Positions 35,001 to 50,100 of a stretch of DNA of 64,000 nucleotides are shown piece by piece. The stretch comes from Hypanus sabinus. Its lineage: Eukaryota. A model generated the notes under the pieces. The model ran no database searches. It saw nothing but the letters and a program-made list of their open reading frames with translations, and was not told the DNA's origin. Numbering within the stretch: position 1 is the stretch's first letter; each line of letters opens with the position of its first letter. A program made the translations under genes and the position numbers. Location: NCBI RefSeq assembly GCF_030144855.1, contig NC_082706.1, forward strand, positions 106,578,001-106,642,000, given 5' to 3'.

Positions 35001-36834
35001 GAGTTGCACCTTGGAAGGTTTCCAGGGCACAGGCCTGGGCAGGTTTGTATGGGAGACTGACAGTTGCTCAAGCTGCAAGCCTTCCCCTCCTCAAGCCACC
35101 GATGTTGTTCAAGGGAAGGGCACAAGGACCTAAGCAGCTTGGCACCGGTGTCATTGCAGAGCAATGTGTTGTTAAGTGCCTTGCTCACAGACACAACCAC
35201 GCTGCCTCAGCTGAGGCTCGAACCATAACCTTCAGATCACTAAACCGATGCCTTATCCACTAGGCTATGTGCCAGCAGAAAAGAAAGTAATTTTACCTTC
35301 AGTAAAGAAAGAAGTTAGAAGAACTTAAGCTCGTAGAAGTTTATGAAATCACGAGGAATATAGTGGAGTTATAGCCTTTTCCCAGGATTGGAGAGTCCAA
35401 AACTAGAGGTCACTGATACAAGGTAATACAGAAGCAATTCAAAAGAGCCCTAAAAGATAATTTCTTTATGCCGAGGATAGTGAGCTGCCTGAGGAAGTGG
35501 CTGAGTTCGTGTATTTGTAATATTGAAGAGGTATTTGAAAGGGTACATGGAAGGAAAGGTGTTAAACGACTATAAGTCAAATGCAGCAGCTGGAACTAGC
35601 AGGGAGAATGTGGTCATCATGGACCATTGGGGCCGAAGGGCCTATAATCCATACTCCGTTACTCAATGGTTCCATGAAATAAAAACATAAAATGCTTAAA
35701 ATACTCAAATGGACAGATGGCATCTCTGTGAAAAGAAACAGAGTTAAGGGAAGTCAAAGATAGCATAAAAGCAAAAGAGAGGGCAGGAAATATGATAGAA
35801 CCATTGAACACTACAACACAGTACAGGCCCTTCAGCCCTCCATGTTGTGCCGCCTCTTTTCATCCTTAAAAAACAGTACTAAATCCACACCCCCATATCC
35901 CCTTCATTTTTCTTTCATCCATGTTCCTGTCTGAGAGGCTCTTAAATACCCCTAATGTTTTAGCCTCCACCACCAGCTCTGGCAAGTCATTCCAGGCACT
36001 CACAACCCTCTGTGTAAAAAAACTTACGCCTGATGTCTTCCCTAAACTTCCCTCCCTTTATTTTGTACCTATGCCCTCTGGTGTTTGCTATTGGTGCCCT
36101 GGGAAACAGGTGCTGACTATCCACCCTATCTCTGCCTCTCCTAATCTTGTAGACCTCTATCAAATCGCCCCTCATTCTTCTACACACTAAAGAGAAAAGT
36201 CCCAGCTCTGCTAACCTTGCTTCATATGACTTGTTCTCCAAAGCAGGCAACATCCTGGTAAGTCTCCTCTGCACCCTCTCCATAGCTTCCACATCCTTCC
36301 TATAACGAGGTGAACAGAATTGAACTCAATACTCTAAGTGCAGTCTCACCAGAGATTTGTAGAGTTGCAACATGACCTCTCTACTTTTGAACCCCTGTTA
36401 ATGAAGCCTGGCATCTCATAGGTCTTCTTAACTACCCTATCAACCTGCGCAGTGACCTTGAGGGATGTATGGACAGGAATCCCAAAGTCCCTTTGTTCAA
36501 CCACACTCTTAAATAACTGACCATTAATCCTGTACTCAGTCTTCTGGTTTGTCCTTCCAAAATGCATCACCTCACACTTATCCGAATTGAACTCCATCTG
36601 CCATTTTTCTGCCCAGCTCTGCAGCCTGTCTATATCCTCCTGTAAACATCGACAACGTGCAGCTCCATCCACAACTCCTCCAATCTTCGTGTCATCCGCA
36701 AACTTACTCACCCAACCTTCCGCCTCTACATCCGGGTCATTTATAAAAATCACAGATTTTTCTCGGAGAAGACAATAAAAATAAGGCTGAAAGAGAAAAC
36801 TGATCAGATATGTTTAAATGGCTGAGCTGACTCA

Positions 36835-39800
36835 TAGGAACATAGAAAACCTACAGCACAATACAGGCCTTTCAGCCCAGAATGCGGTGCCAAACATGTA
36901 CCTCCTTTAGAAACTACCTATGGTTACTCATAGCCCTCTATTTTTCTAAGCTCCATGTACCTATCCAAGAGTCTCTTAAAAGACCCTTTCATCTCTGCAT
37001 CCACCACCATTGCCGGCAGCCCATTCCACCCTCTGTGTAAAAAACTTACCCTTTATATCTCCTCTGTACTTACTTCAAAGCGCATTAAAACTGTGCTTTC
37101 TCATGCAAGGCGTTTCAGCTCTGGGAAAATGCCTCTGACTATCCACACGATCAATGCCTCACCTCATCTTGAACACCTCTGTCAGGTCACCTCTCATCCT
37201 CCGTCGTTCCAAGGAGAAAAGCCCAGATTCACTCAACCTATTCTCATAAGGCATGCTCCCCAATCCAGGCAACATACTTGTAAATCTCTTCTGAACCCTT
37301 TCTATGGTTTCCACATCCTTCCTGTAGTCAGGTGACCAGAACTGAGCACAGTACTCCAAGTGGGGTCACACCAGGATCCTATATAGCTGCAACATTACCC
37401 CTCAGCATTTAAACTCAGTCCCACAGTTGATGAAGGCCAATGCACCATATGCCTTCTTGACCACAGAGTCAATCTGTGTAGCAGCTTTGAGTGTCTTATG
37501 GACTCAAACCCCAAGGTCCCTCTGATCCTCCACACGGCCAAGAGTCTTACCATTAACACTATATTCTGCCATCATATTTGACCTACCAAAATGAACCACC
37601 TCGCACTTTTCTGGGTTTAACTCCATCTGCCACTTCTCGGCCCAGTTCTGCATCTTATCAATGCCCGGCTGTAACCTCTGACAGGCCTCCACACTATCCA
37701 CAATACCCCCAACATTTGTGTCATCAGCAAATTTACTAACCCATTCCTCCACTTCCCTTACAAGTCATTTATAAAAATCACAAAGACTAGAGGTCTCAGA
37801 ACAGATCCCTGAGGCACGCCATTGGACACTGACCTTCATGCAGAATATGACCCATTTACAGCCACTCTTTGCCTTCTGTGGTCAAATCAATTCGGGATCC
37901 ACAAAGCAATGTCCCCTTGGATACCATGCCTCCTTAACCTCTCTATGAGCCTTGCATTGGGTACCTTATCAAATTCCTTGCTGAAATCCATATGCACTAA
38001 ATCTCCCTCTCTACCTTTATCAATGTGATTAGTCGGATCCTCAAAAAAATGCACTCAGGCTCGTAAGGCACAACCTGCCTTTCACAAAGTCATGCTGACA
38101 ATTCCTAACCATATTAGCCTCTCCAAATGATCATAAATCATGCCTCTCACAATCTTCTCTATCAAATTACCAACCGCTGAAGTAAGACTCACTGGTCTAC
38201 AATTTCCCGGCTATCTCAACTCCCTTTCTTGAATCAGGGAACAATATCTGCAACACTCCAACCCTCCGGAATCTCTCCTGTTCTCACTGACGATGTGAAG
38301 ATCATCGCCAGAGGCTCAGCAATCTCCTCCTTTGCCTCCCACAGTATTCTGGGGCAGATCTCTTCCAGTTCCGGTGACTTATCCAACTGAATGCTTTCCA
38401 AAAGCTCAGGATCATCCTTTTCCTTAATATCTACATGCTCAAGCTTTTCAGTCTACTGGAAGTCATCCCTACAATCACCAAGATCCTTTTCCATAGTGAA
38501 TACTGAAGCAAAGTATTCATTAAATACCTCTGCTATCTCCTCTGGTTCCACACACACTTTTCCACTGTCACACTTGATTGGTCCTACTGTCTCACATCTT
38601 ATCCTCTGGTTCTTCACAAATTTGTAGAATGCCTTGGGGTTTTCCTTAATCCTGTCTGCCAAGGCCTTCTCCCGACCCATTCTGGCTCTGCTAATTTCAT
38701 AAATGATCTCTTTCCTGCTAGCCTTATAACTTTCTAGATCTCTATCATACCTAGTTTTTTGAATCTTTCGTAAGCTCTTCTTTTATTCTTGACTAGGTTT
38801 ACAACAGCCTTTGTACACCACAGTTCCTGTACCCTACCAGACATTCCCCGTCTCTTTGTAATGTATCTATGCAGAACCCCACAAAAATGTCCTCTGAACA
38901 TTTGCAACATTTCTTTCGTACATTTCACTGAGAACATCTGTTTTCAATTTATGCTTCTAAGTTCAGGCCTGGTAGCCTCTTATTTCCCCTTACTCCAATT
39001 AAACTCTTTCCTAACTTGTCTGATCCTATCCCTCTCCAATGCTATGGGAAAGGAGATAGAATTGTAATCACTATCTCCAAAAAGCTCTCCCACTGAGGGA
39101 TCTGACACCTGAACAGGTTAATTTCCCAACACCAGATCTAACACAGTCTCTCCTCTTGTAGGCTTATCTACATATTGTGTCAAAAAACCTTCCCAAATAT
39201 AACTAACATACCCTACCCTATCAAACACCCTGGCTCCAGGGAGATGCCAATCTATATTTTGGATATTAAAGTCTCCCACAACAACAACCCTGATATTAAC
39301 ACATCTTTCCAGAATCTGTCTCTCTATCTGCACCTCAATATCCCTGTTACTATTGGGCGGTCTATAAAAAACACCCAGTAGAGTTATTGACCCCTTTCTG
39401 TTCCTAACTTCCACCCACAGAGAGTCTGTAGACAATTCCTCCAAAACTTCCTCCTTTTCTGCAGCCGTGATCAATAGTGCCATGCCCCCACCTCTTTTGC
39501 CTCCCTCCCTGTCCTTTCTCAAACATAAAAAGCCTGGTACCTGAAGTATCTATTTCTGCCCCTGAGCCATCCAAGTCTTTGAAATGGCCAAAACATCATA
39601 TCTCCAATTACTGATCCACGCTCAAAGTTCATCCACTTTGTTCATAATACTCCTTGTATTAAAATAGACACATCTCAAATCACCGGTCTGAGCATGTCTC
39701 TTCTCTATCACCTGATTATCCTCCCTGTTGCACTGTCTCCAAACTTTCACTATTTGTCAGCCAACCCCCTCTTCCTCCGTCACTTCAGTTCTTTTCCCAC

Positions 39801-40897
39801 CCCTCAGCATTTCTAGCTTAAACTCTTCACAATAGCTTTTGCAAAACTCCCCGCCAAGATATTGGTCCTCCTGGGATTCAAGTGCAATCCGTCCATTTTG
39901 TACACGTCACACATGACCCAAAAGAGGTCCCAATGATCCAGAAATCTGAATCCCTGTCCTCTGCTCCAATCCCTCAGCCACGCATTCATACTCCACCTCA
40001 TTCTATTTCTATACTCTCTGTCACGTGGCACAGGCAGTAACCCTGAGATTACTGTCTTTGAGATCGTGCTTATCAACTTCTTTCCTAACTCCCTGTAGTC
40101 TGTTTTCAGGACCTCCTCCCTTTTCCTACCTAGGTCGTTGGTACCAATATGTACCACAACCTCCGGCTGTTCTCCTTCCCACTTCAGGATATCTTGGACG
40201 CAGTCAGAAATGCCTCGGACCCTAGCACCTGGGAGGCAACATACCTCCTTGTTTCTTTGCTGCATCCACAGAATCGCCTGTCTGACCCCCCCTAACTATA
40301 GAGTCCCCTATCACTGCTGTCATCCTCTTCCTTTCCCTACCCCTCTGAGCCACAGGGCCAGACACTGTGCCAGACACAGCCACTGTTGCTTCCCCCAAGT
40401 AGGTTATCTCCCCCACAGTACTCAAACAGTACGTATTGTTAAGGGGGACACCCACTAGTGCTCTTTAGCATCTTCCTTTTGCCCATCCCTCTCCTGGCTG
40501 CTACCCACTTATGTGTCTCCCAAGGCCTCGATTTGACGACCTGCCTATAGCTCCGATCTGTCACCCCCTCACTCTCCCTGACCAGACGAAGGTCATCGAG
40601 CTGCAACTCCATTTCCCTAACGCGGTTCCGAAGGAGCTGCAGATCGATGCACCTGGCACAGATGTGGCCGTCCGGGAGGCTAGGAGTCTCCACGACTTCC
40701 CACATCTGACACCGAGCACAGAACACCGGCCTCACACACATAGTTCCTGTCTGTATTCTACACAGAAAACCTACCTGCCCTCGACCTGTATTCGCCGAAG
40801 ACCCGTTGAGCCAAAGCCTTCCCACTCTGTCGGCCGCTCCTCCCACTCCCGCTCTATAAAGCTGACTTCTTTTAAACTCTTCTCGCTGTTCTTACTG
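36835..40897 (-). mobile_element. Full-length CR1 of unit 3 (type-B marker)
   Basis: ORF1 with CARC..CARC and GDSIV/GTND/DGLH (39813-40846); exact 9-bp TSD GCTGACTCA (36826-36834, 40898-40906); empty site at ~9672 and ~52173. Confidence 0.88.
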
Positions 40898-42412
40898 GCT
40901 GACTCAATGGATCGAATGGCCTAATCCTGCACCGATGTCTTGTCTTCTTACGGCTGGGAGAGCGATTGCAGTCGGAAAATGTACAGAGGAACTTTTTAAT
41001 CGATTAACCTAACCTGCGCTAAAGGAGTTATCAGAAGGAGAAATAGTGAAGGAATGAGTTGATGTAAGGAGAAGGTTTGCGGATGGTTTGTAACTAGTAC
41101 TGGGTTAGTTATGGTACTTGGATGTTTACAAAAAGAGGGTCCTGGACATTCAGAAAAGATGTGCACTGCCTAGGCACCATGGTAGCCTAGCGATTAGCGC
41201 GACTCTATGACAACTCCGGGTTTTGTCAGGGGTGGCTGGGCCTACCTCGCCGTGTATCGCTCAATAAACAAACAAATATCAAGGTTCCCAACGGAACCTA
41301 ATGTAAGCGGATATTTACTTACAGGTTCTGCCCAGTTGGAATAATTAAAACCACGTTAATAGGGAAAGATGAAGATATTCACAGACATGTTGCAGATGGC
41401 ACTCGGTTCATCAAACATCCCACCCAACAGAACCGACAGAGTACACATTCGTAGCTACGGGAGACAGGAGGCACCAGATTAGACAAAGTGAAGGCCAAGA
41501 AGATGAAAACAGGGGTGTCTGGGTGAATTATCTCCATGGACTCCTGCCGTCTAAAGGCGTCGGGCAAGACCCCTCCCCACCGCTCACTGAAGCCACTTGC
41601 TCCAACTCTGGTGTTAGGCGGGAAATTTCGGGAATTTCACAAAACAGCGATAAAGGATAGGATAAATATTTTAAATATGTTGACATATGATTGAAAAATC
41701 AACTAGCAGGAGGTGATTAATCTGGGGAAGTTTCGGGAGGGAACGGGACCGGATCGGTTAGTGTAACGCTGTCATAGCAGCAGCGACCCAGGTTAAATTC
41801 CGCCGTTGTTCTGAAAGGGATTTGTACGTTGTTCCTGTATCCGCGTGGGTTTCCTCCGGCTGCTTCGGTTTCCTCCCACGTTCAAAACACGTTCGGGTTA
41901 GTAAACGCCCAAAGCAACACACACAAAATGCTGGAGGAACTCAGCAGGCCAAGCAGAGTTTCCGGAAAAGAGTAAATAGTCGGCTTTTCGGGCCAAAACC
42001 TTTTCCAAGACTGGAAAGGAAGGGGAGAAGTCAGCGTGAGAAGTCCTTCAGAATCTGAAAATTTCTCCTGTTTGCGGGTTAGTAGGTTAATTGATCACAT
42101 GGATGTAATTGTATGGCCATGGCTTGTTGGCCCCGAAAGACCTTTTATCGTGACGTATTTCTTCATCTTAAGCGGCTTTCTTCAAGCGTATTTCTTCAAG
42201 TTCGAACCCCCCAAAAAACTCGTCTAATGAACTGCTGTGGAATTCTACCAAAATCATGCGGAGGAAGTAATAGTGTGTCGTTTTCAAATGGGGTTGGAAG
42301 GCGTGGTCTGTGACACGTTGACAGAAAGTGGGACGTGAGGCGTGGTGTTATTTATAACTAGCCAGGCCACATCTAAATCTGTGTCACATTCAGTCACAAC
42401 TCGACAAACAAC

Positions 42413-42836
42413 ATGCAGCTGGGTTGCGTGGCTTTTGTGATACTTTTTCTCCGTTAGTTGATTGATTTTCATCTACTTACACTCTGTTTGTTTCAGTCTT
42501 TCAAACATGTTATGACTTTGATTTCTGTTTCCACAGGCAGATGTCTCGGTGCTGAATTGATACAGTCTCCGATGTCCATCACCCAAAATGAGGGCAAAAT
42601 GGCTAGAATGACCTGTGATCTGGGCACAGCGAACACGGAGTATATCCACTGGTATCGGCAGCCAGATGGACAACGCCCGGTCAGGATCGTTTATTACAAT
42701 AACGGGGGCACCGTTCGCGATGATGGATTTGATAATAGATTTACAGCGAGGAATGATAGACAAAACCAGAATTCTCTAATTGTGACCTCTCTCAAGAAAG
42801 AGGATTCCGGCACCTATTACTGTGCCTATTGGGACT
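42413..42836 (+). CDS. TRGV: TCR V gene segment 3 (gamma-like): leader 42413-42452, V exon 42537-42836
   Basis: Same architecture, open frame. Confidence 0.8.
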
Positions 42837-42875
42837 CACACAGTTAAACTGCAACCGGTGCCGCTGACAAAAACT
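42837..42875 (+). other. 23-RSS of V3
   Basis: CACACAG + 23 nt + ACAAAAACT. Confidence 0.9.
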
Positions 42876-44479
42876 CTTCCTCAGCGCAGAGGTCGCACGA
42901 ATCATTTCCGACTCAGCGAATTCGCAGCTTCTGCCATAAACTCCATCACCTTTCTTCGGATAAACAACTCTATCCAAATCTACGAAAGTTACCCGATCAG
43001 CCTCATCGATAGGTTATACATTTTCACCTGTCGCCCGAGAAGAGGGAGTTGGAAGAATATTTCACCAGGGTACGAGAGCCCAGACTAGGGCAGATAGTTT
43101 TAAAGTGAGAGGGGAAAGATCTATAAGAGACCTGTGTAGTATGTTTTTCAGAGAAAGGGCGGTGGGTACAGGCAACAAGCTGCCAGAGGAAGAGTTAGAG
43201 GCAGGAACCATCCAGAGATTTAAAAGTCATTTGGGCATCGACATGGATAAGAAAGGTTCCGAGAAATACGGGTTAAATGCATGTAAACAGGACTGGTTTC
43301 CGTGGGTAACTTGCTCGGTAAGGACGAGTTGGGCCGAAGGGCCTGATTCTGTGCTGTAGATCTCAATGGCTCTTAGAATTACTTCAGATCTCTGCACGGT
43401 CGCCACTCAGGCTCCTTTATTCCGTGGAAAACATTCCCGACCAATAGAATCATAGAACACTGCAGCACAGTACAGGCCTTCAGCCCTCCATGTTGTGCCG
43501 ACCCATATAATCCTTAAAAAAAAGTAAAAGAAATCCACACTACCCCATAACTCTTCATTTTTCTTTCATCCATGTGCCCGTCCAAGAGGCTCTTAAATAC
43601 CCCTAATGTTTTAGCCTCCACCACCATCCCTGGCAAGTCATTCCAGGCACTCACCACCCTCTGTGTAAAAACTTACCCCAGATGTCTTCCCTAAACTTCC
43701 CTCCCTTTATTTTGTACATATGCCCTCTGGTGTTTGCTATTGGTGCCCTGGGAAACAGGTACTGACTATTCACCCTATCTCTGCCTCTCATAATCTTGTA
43801 GACCTCTATCAAGTTGCCTCTCATTCTTCTACACGCTAAAGAGAAATGTCACAGCTCTGCTAACCTTGCTTCATATGACTTATTCTCCAAACCAGGCACC
43901 ATGCTGGTAAATCTCCTCTGCACCCTCTCCATAGCTTCCACATCCTTCCTATAATGAGGTGACCAGAATTGAACACAATAATCTAAGTGCAGTCTCACCA
44001 GAGTTTCGTAGAGTTGCAACATGACCTCTCTATTCTTGAACTCAATCCACATGTTAATGAAGCCTAGCATCCCATAGGCTTTCTTAACTACCCTATAAAC
44101 CTGTGCAGCGACCTTAAGGGATGTATGGATTTGAACCCCAAGTTCCGACCTCGTAAACGAAAATGCTCCAATCCCAGAAACATACCTTCTGCATCCTCTC
44201 TAGTTCAATCACAAACAAATATTTAAGCAATAAATCATGTGAAAATGAGGCTTAAAACATTGAAAGTGACTACATATGTTGTGGGAACATTTCAGTGATG
44301 GGGCAAGTGAAGTCATACCTTTCGGGACAAGAGCCTGATTGTGGAGGGGTAATACCTGTTCCTGAACCTGGTGGTGTGAGTTCTGTAGCTCTTGTATGTG
44401 TTTCCTGATGAGAGCAGTGAGAGGAGAGCATAATCTGCAATTGGAGGGGGGCAAGGGTGGGTGCTGTTTCTGATGAAAG

Positions 44480-45312
44480 TGTCATGGTCCGGTCCAAAGT
44501 CCGCATTCCGGTTCACGTTCCAGTCCACGGACTCCGGACTCCAGGTCCACCGACTGTCCCTTGTTTCGGTTGGACGCAAACATTTGCACTTGATGCTCAT
44601 CTTGTTGGCTGGGAATATAAGTGGCTGTGGGATTGAGTGTCGTTGGGGGGTTGTCTTGACAGTCTCCCACTGGTGGAAGGCTAGTGCGTTCATTGAGTTA
44701 TGGATCTGGCTGTTCCGTAGCCCGCCAGGTTTACCGGCCACCTCGAGTCTTGGGGCCACCCCAGAACGAGTTCCCTTCCTGTCCTTGGCCTCCGTCGGGT
44801 AAGCCAGGCCGTTTGCCGTTACCCTGTGGTTGATTCTGTCCCTTTCTGTCCTTCGCCTCCGTCGGGTAAGCCAGGCAATTTGCCGTTTCCCTGCAGTTGG
44901 TTCTGTCCCTTCCTGTTCCTTGCCTCCATCGTGTTGTGTCCCATGTCCTGCCTAGGAGTCCAGTTCCAAGAACCCCAAGCCCCCAGCCCCAAGCTCCAAG
45001 AACCCCTAGCCCCCAAGAACCCCTAGCCCCGAGCTACTCAAGCCTCTAAGAACTCCAAGTCTCCGACTCCTAGAACCCAGGCTTTGTCACGTCTTCACCT
45101 GGTGTGGGGGTCCGAGCCCGAGTCAAGGCCCAGGCTCTGGGTCGGTGTCCAGTCTCGAGCTCAAAGTCCACCCCAGGGTCTTTGCTCCCAGACCTGCTTC
45201 CCAGCCCAGTCTGTGACATGCCCTGTACTTTAGTTTTGTCCCGTCCTGTTCCTTGTACTTCAGTGTCCATGTCCTGCATTTGGGTCCAGTTTCAATGCCC
45301 CCACTTATGACA
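44480..45312. mobile_element. Solo LTR, 833 bp, unit-3 specific, with internal tandem repeats
   Basis: TGTCAT...ATGACA termini; 5-bp TSD GAAAG (44475-44479, 45313-45317); absent at the homologous sites ~12468 and ~32950. Confidence 0.85.
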
Positions 45313-47139
45313 GAAAGATGTTGCTTTCCTTAAAACATCACTTCTTAAAACATTTCCTCACTGTGGATTTAAGTGATACTGGACTTTAATCATTGAGGCA
45401 GGTTACCATGTTCTTCTTAGGCACCAGAATAAGTGAAGTCTGATTGAAGCAGATGGGTACATCAGCCAAAGTAGGAGGTTAAAGATCAGTGAACAGTCCA
45501 GACAGTTGATTAGAACTGGTCTTTAGTTCTTGGCCAGGTATCATCCCTCGGCTGGATGATTTTCATGGGTTCATCTTCCTGAAGGCTGCCTGCACATCAG
45601 TCTCAGAGACTAAAATCACTCAATCATCTGGTGCTGTGGGTGTTTGTGATGGTTCCTCCATGTTTTGATGGTCAAAGCAAGCATAGAAGGCATTGTGTTC
45701 ATCTGGAAGTGAGCCCTGTTGTCACCTATGTCACTCGATTTTACTTTATTAGAAGTGATAGCATTAAAGCCCTGCCACAACTGTTGAGTATTCTTTGTTG
45801 ATTCAGGTTTAGTCTGGCAATGCCAGGTTGCCCATAAGGAGGCTTTCGAGAGAATGTACCAGGACCTCTTGTAACATTATAGGTCACCACACGTGAATGC
45901 CTCTGATCTGGCCCTCAGCAAATTGCTGATTTCATGATTCATACAAGGCTTCTGGCAGGAGAAGACCATGATGTAGGTGCACATTGAACCTACATGGTGT
46001 AGGTGTATTTATTCAGATCCATAGATGAGTCCCTAAAAATGGCCCCGTCCACTCAAAGGAATCCCTTATAGCAATAGTCGCTCATCTGCCTCCCTTGACC
46101 ACCTCTTTGTTGTCCTAAACTCTGGAAATTATATCCAGCTCCTTCATTTGCCTCCCTCATAGCTTGTGATATCTGCATATTGTCTTTCAGTGAATAATGT
46201 GCAAAGGTATCCTGGGCCCTCTGAACGTACACACCTTGCAAACTCCCATCATTTGCAGGAAAGCTGCTATTAAACTAGTTAGGATGAAGTCATATTTTCT
46301 TCAGTTCATTCCTTTCAGCAACAAGTATTTACATAGAAAGTGGCAAATGCTTGGAATGCACCTGCTGGTAGAGGTAGATAAGCACCTGGATGTGAAAATA
46401 AATGGAGCAGGGAAGGGTTTTATAGATTATGAAGAATGTTTATACAGTGCGGCACAACATTGTGGATGAAGAACTTGTACTTTACTGTACTGCTCTATGT
46501 TCTAAGTTTGCAAGGTAGAAATGCAGCTAATGACCGAATTCCCACCTGGCAGATGGCTGCAGCCCCACTGGAGCCAGCAAATCCATGCCAGCAATCTCCC
46601 AAACACTAATTTATATGAACGTATATAAATCACAAGCTGAGGAGACCTGTACTGAGGCATTCACTGGATTAATTTTACCTCTTCTAGTGAATTAGGTACT
46701 GATTAGCTTGAGCACTTTTTTCATGAAATTGCCTGTCTTCTTAACAAAGAGAACAGAAGCTTTTCTATAACCTGGCTGGCAATTCATTGAGTTACTCGGT
46801 GTGCGTTATTGAGTTAGATGTTGGTCTCTCATTATGACTTGCTTGGACAACACCTAACTGTCAAAAAGTGTAATGTGAACCAAGTTAATGAAGCCAGGCA
46901 AGAACGTGCTGAGGGATATAATTAAGATTTGGAGGTAAGGTATCCACAGAACTAAAATAGCAGAGAAGGAGACTATACAACACACAAGGAATGTGCTAAC
47001 TTATTGGTTATCCAATACTCCTCTTTCTCAGTCCTGAAAATGTCTTGGAGGTTTTCTTGGGAATGGAGAATACCTTAATATGAATAAATTGTAGAAAAAA
47101 ATATTTTGTTGAGGCACATATACCCTATGAATTGTTTAA

Positions 47140-50100
47140 AGTGGAATTGTTGGGAGTGGGAACTGAACTGAAGAGACTAGGAAAGAGGAGGTTAGCTCAC
47201 AGATAGAGAAAACTTGTAGACAATGTGAGAGGGAGGATAGGCAGGTGATAGAGAAGGGATGCGTTCAGACTGAAGGATTGAGATGTGTCCATTTTAACAC
47301 ATAGTATTGTGAACAAAGCAGATGAGCTTAGAGCATGTATCATTACTTGGAGAAATGATGTGGTGGCGTGCCACTGTTGATCAGAGATGGTGTCATGGCT
47401 GCAGAAAAGGTGGACGCCATGGAGGGCTTGTCTACACAGTCTCTGTGGGTGGAGGTTAGGAACAGGAAGTGGTCAATAATTTTACTGGGTGATTTTTATA
47501 GGCCGATCAATTGTAACATATCGAGGAGCAGATAGGGAAACAGATCCTGGAAAGGTGTAATAATAACAGGGTTGTCATAATGGGAGATTTTAATTTCCCT
47601 AGAGCAAGGGGTTTAGATGGGGTGGGGATTGTTTGGTGTGTTCAGGAAGGTTTCTTGACACAATAGATAGATAAACCTACAAGAGGAGAGGCTGTATGTG
47701 ATTTGGTATTGGGAAATGAACCTGGTCAGGTGTCAGATCTCTAAGTGGGAGAGAATTTTGGAGATAGTGATCATAATTCTGTCTCCTTTACAATAGCTTG
47801 GAGAGAGATAGGAACAGACAAGTTAGAAAAGTGTTTAATTGGAGTAAAGGGAATTATTAGGCTAACGGGCAGGAAATTGGAGGCTTAAATTGGAAACAGA
47901 TGTTTTCAGGGAAATGTAGCAAATATTCCAAAGATATTTGTGTGCAGTTCTGCATAGGTACGTTCTAATCAGACAGGGAATTTATGGTAGGGTACAGGAA
48001 GCATGGTGTACAAAGGCTGCAATAAATTGAGTCAAGAAGAAAAGAAAAGCTTACAAAAGGTTCAGAGAGCTAGGTAATGTTAGAGATCTAGAAGATTAAA
48101 AGGCTAATAGGAAGGAGTTTAAGAGGGAAATTAGGAGAGGCAGAAAGGGCCATGAGAAGGCCTCAGGCAGGATTAAAGAAAACCCCAAGGCATTCTACAA
48201 GTATGTGAAGATTAAGAGGATAAGACTTCAAAGAATAGAGCCTATCAAGTGTGACAATTGGACAGTGTTATGGAACCAGAGGAAATAGCAGAGGTACTTA
48301 ATGAATACTTCAGTATTCACTATGGACAAGGATCTTGGTGATTGTGGTGATGACTTCCAGTCAACTGAAAAGCTTCAGCATGTAGATGTTAACAATGAGG
48401 ATTTGCTGCAGCTTTTGGAAAGCAACAAGTTGTATAAATTGCCAAGACCAGATGAGATGTACCCCAGCCTAATATGGGAGGTGAGGGAGGAGATTGCTGG
48501 CCCTCTGGCTATGATCTTTGCATCATCAAAGGGGATGGAAGAGGTTCCGGAGGATTGAAGGGTTGCAAATGTTTTTCCTTTATTGAAGAAAGGGAGTAGA
48601 GATAGCCCAGGAAATTATCAACCAGTGATTCTTCCCTGGGTGGTTGGTAAGTTGATGGAGAAGATCCTGAACATTTATGAACATTTGGAGATGTATAATA
48701 TGATTAGGAGTCATTAGCATGGCTTTGTCAAGGGCAGGTCATGGCTTACGAGCCTGATTGAATATTTTGGGGATGTGACTAAACACATTGATGAAGGAAG
48801 AGCAGTAGATGTAGTGTACATGGATTTCAGCAAGGCATTTGATAAGTGACCCCAAGCAAGGGTTATTGAGAAAGTAAAGAGGCATGGGATCCAAAGGGAC
48901 ATTGCTTTGTGGATGCAGAACTGGCATGCCCACAGAAGGCAAAGAGTGGTTGTAGGCAGGTCATATTTGGCATGGAGGTCGGTCACCTTTGGGGTGTCTC
49001 AGGGATCTGTTCTGGGACCTCTTTGTGATTATTATAAATGACCTTGATGAGGAAGTGGAGGGATGGGTTAGTGAGTTTGCTGTTGACACAAAGGTTGGGG
49101 GCAGAGTGTGTGGTATTGAGGGCTGTCAGATGTTACAGCGGGATATTGGTAGGATGCAAAATAGGGCTGAGAAGTGGCAGATGGAGTTCAGCCCAGAGAA
49201 GTGTGAAGTGGTTCATTTTGGTATGTCATATATAGAACATAGAACACAGAACTAAACAGCAGAGTACAGGCCCTTCGGCCCACAATGTTGTGCCGACCCT
49301 TTCCCCCTGCCTCCCATATAACCCTCAACCTTAAATTCCTCCATATACCTGTCTAGTAGTCTCTTAAATTTCTGCTGCCTCCACCACTGACTCAGGCAGT
49401 GCATTCCATGCACCAACCACTCTCTGAGTAACAACCCTTCCTCTAATATCCCCCTTAAACTTTCCACCCCTTAACTTAAAGCCATGTCATGTTGTATTGA
49501 GCAGTGGGGCCCTAGGAAAGAAGTGCTGGTTGTCCACTCTATCTATTCCTCTTACTATATTGTATATCTCTATCATGTCTCTTCTCATCCTCCTTCTCTC
49601 CAAACAGTAAAGTCCTAGCTCCCCTAATCTCTGATCATAATCCATACTCTCTAAACCAGGCAGCATCCTGGTAAATCTCCTCTGTACCCTTTCCAATGCT
49701 TCCACATCCTTCCTATAGCGAGGCGACCAGAACTGGACGCAGTACTCCAAGTGTGGCCTAACCAGAGTTTTATAGAGCTGCATCATTACCCAGCGACTCT
49801 TAAACACTTTCCCTCAACTTATGAAAGCTAACACTCCATAAGCTTTCTTAACTACCCTATCTACTTGTGAGGCAATTTTCAGGGATGTGTGGACTTGTAC
49901 CCCCAGGTCCCTCTGCTCCTTCAAACTCCCAAGTAACCTGCTATGATGACAGAATATAGTATTAATGGTAAGACTCTTGGCAGTGTGGAGGATCAGAGGG
50001 AGCTGGGGGTCTAAGTCCATAGGTCGCTCAAAGCAGCTGTGAAGGTTGACTCTGTGGTTAAGAAGGCCTATGGTGTATTGGACTTCATCAATCGTGGAAT

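Noticed and set aside
41755-41815. tRNA gene
   Set aside because: A/B-box remnants belong to the tRNA-derived head of the V-SINE; no cloverleaf.
23500-43400. Units 2 and 3 as a falsely duplicated haplotype
   Set aside because: They differ by a private solo LTR, a ~340-bp deletion, many substitutions and clearly different V sequences.
44790-45040. Direct repeats as a CRISPR-like array
   Set aside because: Contiguous tandem units with no unique spacers, inside a vertebrate solo LTR.
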